Of a DNA stretch of 64,000 nucleotides, positions 60,531-64,000 are shown one piece after another. The notes under the pieces are model-generated. The model saw nothing but the letters and a program-made list of their open reading frames with translations, was not told the DNA's origin and ran no database searches. Source of the DNA: Nitrospirota bacterium (GTDB lineage: Bacteria; Nitrospirota; UBA9217); assembly GCA_963741205.1 (NCBI GenBank), contig CAVUHW010000034.1:1-64000 (forward strand), given 5' to 3'. The translations under genes were made by a program, and so were the position numbers. Position 1 is the first letter of the stretch, and the number at the start of each line of letters is the position of its first letter.

Positions 60531-61407
60531 ATGAAAAAATAGTCCGCAAGTCGGCTATCCGTGATGGCATGCAGCCGGCGCCGTTCTGTGCATGTTGGGA
60601 GCGGACGGCGAAATAAGGAGCGACGTCACCGTCAGTTCGGCGGAGAAGGCGACAAACGGTATGGCAAGCGGCGTGACGAGCAGTGTTACGGGCAGCACGG
60701 CCGGCAAAACGTTGAACGGCCTGTCGGGAGGCGTGACGGGCAGCGTCGCAAGCAAGGCAACGCACAGCCTGGCAACCGGCGCGACAGGCAGCGCTGCGCA
60801 TGCCGTCACGAGCAAACCGACCGTGACGCTGTCGGCCTATGCCGAGGAAATTGCCAGGATCCTCAAGTTCGACCGGAAAGTCCTCATTATCGTGAAGGAA
60901 CTGACCAACGAGCACATCCAGCGGCTGATCGGTTACGATGAAAACAACTTTCAGATCATTGCTCCGGGGATCGCGGTTTCGGTTCCCGAGGACAAGACGG
61001 ACAGCGTCCTTGCCGCACTTCGGAAGAAGCTGGTTCCCCTGCACTACCTGCCTTTTGTCGTCGAGTTGAATGAAGGGCTCAAGACCGACAAAATAGGCAT
61101 CATCAAGGGCACGGACCAGTACGAGATCCTCCGCATCATGCATACCGATGGCGATGAATATGAGATCTCCAACGAGGACGTGATCGACCGATTAAAAGAG
61201 TGGGAGAAAATCGCATCCTTCGACATCGTCGGTGCGGACAGTGATTGGGTGGAAATAGAGTTCAAGACGCTGCCGGCGGATTTGAAGGCCTTTGCCGAAG
61301 AAGTGGACGAATTCAGCCCCGATGCCGTCGAGCAGGAGGGGGGGAGCATTGAGGGACTGATGAAGGAGATCAGGAAGACGAACCGCCTCTTCCTCTTGTG
61401 GGATTAA
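60531..61407 (+). CDS. DUF4253 domain protein with a low-complexity G/S/T/A-rich N-terminal region (5' frameshifts)
   Basis: C-terminal FSPDAVEQ..LFLLWD; GVTGS-like repeats. Confidence 0.75.
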
Positions 61408-61451
61408 TGATAGACACAGGGGACTCGGGTTGACGATGACGCGGTACACGA

Positions 61452-61484
61452 TAAAAAAAGGCAGGCGAAAATATTCGCCTGCCG
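61452..61484 (-). terminator. intrinsic terminator (second copy near 62196-62228)
   Basis: A7-GGCAGGCGAA/TTCGCCTGCC. Confidence 0.7.
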
Positions 61485-61557
61485 TAGAACCAATTGTTGC
61501 ATTTCAAAATAACATTTTTCTCCGCCTTTGAATAATGAATTAGCGGTATAGGAGAAA

Positions 61558-61850
61558 CTACTTCGCTGCCGGGGTCTCGGCTGCCGGCGTCTCGGCGGCT
61601 TCCTTCTTCTGTGATGCTTTCAGATCGGCAGCTTCCTTCTTCTCGGCGGCCTTCTTCTCAGATGCTGCCTTCTTCTGGGCTTCTGTCTTTTTCTTGTGCC
61701 TTCTTCTTCTGGCTGTGCCTTCTTCTCTGCCGCCTTAACCTCAGCCTTTTCCTCGGTTGCCGCAGGAGCAGCTGCCTTGTCCTGTGCGAATGCAACGCCG
61801 AGGGTCAAAGCAAAAGCCATGGCCGTGAAAAGAGCAATGATCTTCTTCAT
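61558..61850 (-). CDS. secreted Lys/Ala/Glu-rich small protein, copy 1 (frameshifted)
   Basis: Signal peptide MKKIIALFTAMAFALTLGVAFA; GGAGG RBS; TTGACA-17-TATAAG promoter. Confidence 0.75.
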
Positions 61851-62300
61851 GTGGTTTCACCTCCCTTCTTTATGAATTCCAGCTCGTACTTATATCAGGT
61901 TTGATCATTGTTGTCAAGAATTATCAAGGCACTTCAGTCCCTTCCCTTTTTACGATATAGCAATCCTTATAAATGAAACGTGACAATTTCTGGAAGGTCA
62001 AAAAAAAAATAAAATGAAAGGCCGTTGTGCCATTTTTGCCGAAGAAGTGTACGAATTCAGCCCTGATACCGTCGACCAAGGGGCGGGGAGCATCGAGGGA
62101 CTTATGAAGGAGATTAGGAAGACGAACCGCCTCTCTCTCTTGTGGGATTAATGATAGAAACAGGGGACTCTGGCAGACGATGACGCGGTACACGATAAAA
62201 AAAGGCAGGCGAAAATATTCGCCTGCCGTAGAACCAACTGTTACATTTCAAAATAACATTTTTCCCCGCTACGAATAATGAATTAGCGGTATAGGAGAAA

Positions 62301-62558
62301 CTACTTCCCTGCCGGAGCGGCTGCCGGAGCCATCGGGGCTGCCTCTTCCTTCTTTGATGCTTCCTTCTTTGCCTTCTTCTTTTCCTTCTTTGCCTTCTTC
62401 TTTTCCTTGTGAGTAGGCTTCTTCTCGGTCTGAGCCTTCTCAGGTGCTGCCGCCGGGGCTGCCGGGGCTGCCGGGGCTGCTGCCTTTTCCTGGGCGAAAG
62501 CGACGCCGAGGGTCAAAGCAAAAGCCATGGCCGTGAAAAGAGCAATGATCTTTTTCAT
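62301..62558 (-). CDS. secreted Lys/Ala/Pro-rich small protein, copy 2
   Basis: Identical signal peptide; KKAKKEKKKAKK tract. Confidence 0.8.
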   Translation of the reverse strand: MKKIIALFTAMAFALTLGVAFAQEKAAAPAAPAAPAAAPEKAQTEKKPTHKEKKKAKKEKKKAKKEASKKEEAAPMAPAAAPAGK

Positions 62559-62962
62559 GTGGTTTCACCTCCCTTCCTTTGTGGAGTTAGACAAGCGACT
62601 ATATATAACAGGTTCGTTGATTGTTGTCAAGAATAATAGGGGTACAACGTTCCCTTTCTATCGATCCTGAAAGATGAGACACGGAATTTCGTGAAGGTTA
62701 AAAAGAGAAAAAAATATAAGGTTTGGACGAATGGAGATTTAATGACCTCCCTGAGACGACCGGTGGTTATGGCTGACCCCGCTTGCCGGAAACCTTGATA
62801 AATCAGTCATTTCTTGACAAACAGGAGGGATTCAGTTAGATTGAAACAACGCATCTCCGGGGGACCATCAGGAAAAAATTTATTAATGTCCTCCGCCGTG
62901 ATCGCCGGAACCGCGGTTAAGGTCGTGAGGACATTTCGTAAACCTCTCTTTTTACTGCCCGT

Positions 62963-64000
62963 ATGATCATATCACCACTCAGGCGCATAAAAGGCATCAA
63001 GGCATACGTTCTTACGGGCCTCCTCGCGCTCATCTCGCTCATTCACTATCTCGTGGGCGGCGCGCCGGCGGGCATACTGCACGGTCTTCTCGGCCATCTT
63101 TATATCGTGCCGATCATTCTCGGCGCCTACTGGTACGGGGTCAAGGGCGGGCGTGTCGGTTTCCATCGCCTCGGCGGTGCTTTTCTCACCGCACCTGTTC
63201 CTGCACTGGCATGACCCGTTTCTGGATATCTACAACTACGTCGAGCTGTTTCTCTTTCTCCTGATCGGCGGCGTCACCGGCGTGTTGAGCCAGATGGAGC
63301 GCAACCAGCGGATGCGCTATGAAGAGCGCCATGAGGCGTCTCGACGAGTCCCACCGGAAGCTGAAGGAGCAGACGGACATCCTTTTCCAGACCGAGGAAC
63401 AGCTGCGGCGCGCCGACCGTCTGTCGGCTCTCGGTGAACTGTCCGCGGGCATGGCGCATGAGATCCGGAACCCGCTGGGCTCGATCAAGGGCGCCGTCGA
63501 GATCCTGAAGGACGATTATTCGCCCGAGGAAGCCAAGTACGAGTTCATCCAGATACTGCTGAAGGAAACGGACCGGCTGAACTGTATCGTGCAGGAGTTT
63601 CTCGGGTTCGCCCGGCCCAAGCAGCCTGAATATCCAGCAGGCTGATCTGAACGAGTCCATCGAAGTCCGTGCTTACGCTCACGGCTCAGGAGGCGACGAA
63701 GGCCGGTGTGCAGGTTGAAAAACGGCTTCGATCCCGTCCATCGGGAAGCGCAGCCTCGACGCGGGACTGCTCCGACAGGCGTTCCTGAACCTGGTCCTGA
63801 ATGCCATCCAGGCCATGCCGAAGGGAGGCGTCCTGACCGTCGAGAGCCGCCTCCGGAGGGGATGCTGTGGGTAACGATCACCGACACCGGGACCGGGATC
63901 ACTGAAGAGAACCGAAAAAGGCTCTTCAGTCCTTTTTTCACGACCAAGAAGAACGGCACCGGGCTCGGCCTCGCGATCACCTACCGGATCATCGAGAATC
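62963..64000 (+). CDS. membrane sensor histidine kinase (NtrB-like; frameshifted, runs off the window)
   Basis: TM region, AHEIRNPL H-box, NL.LNAIQAM, DTGTG, PFFTTK..GTGLGL. Confidence 0.9.

Larger units (their letters stand above)
61291..62720 (+). repeat. tandem duplication of an about 740-bp unit (61291-62034 and 62035-62720)
   Basis: Both units carry the DUF4253 3' end, a terminator hairpin, a small minus-strand gene and its promoter. Confidence 0.85.

Noticed and set aside
62740-62945. Riboswitch upstream of the histidine kinase (hairpin AATGTCCTC..GAGGACATT)
   Set aside because: No match to c-di-GMP or fluoride riboswitch consensus that I can support; only an isolated hairpin

Overview
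Bacterial chromosomal segment of moderately high GC. Gene content suggests a Gram-negative anaerobe of the Nitrospirota/Desulfobacterota type (inference). Many conserved genes carry single-base frameshifts, most likely uncorrected long-read indels, so I rejoined split ORFs by hand. Contents: type IV minor-pilin cluster (fimT-like, pilY1, fimU, pilV, pilW, pilX), maf, LuxR-family regulator, M48 protease, an RsbU/RsbW/RsbV partner-switch module upstream of mlaEFD, two IS200/IS605 elements with tnpB (one complete, one with tnpA nearly deleted), hisS, pgm, eno, an apparently solitary integron-type cassette, lipid, quinone, purine and NAD salvage genes, typA, nth, TIGR04283/TIGR04282-type transferases, a tandem duplication and a partial histidine kinase. 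Most interesting: (1) a secreted di-heme cytochrome c peroxidase ending in a dockerin-like module next to a lipoprotein with a cohesin-like domain, suggesting cellulosome-style anchoring of a redox enzyme; (2) two promoter-associated, highly structured intergenic RNA candidates with C-rich loops; (3) a partner-switch module that may control an Mla lipid transporter; (4) a degenerate attC cassette; (5) a run of truncated metabolic genes and nested palindromic repeats. All calls come from reading the sequence; no searches were run.
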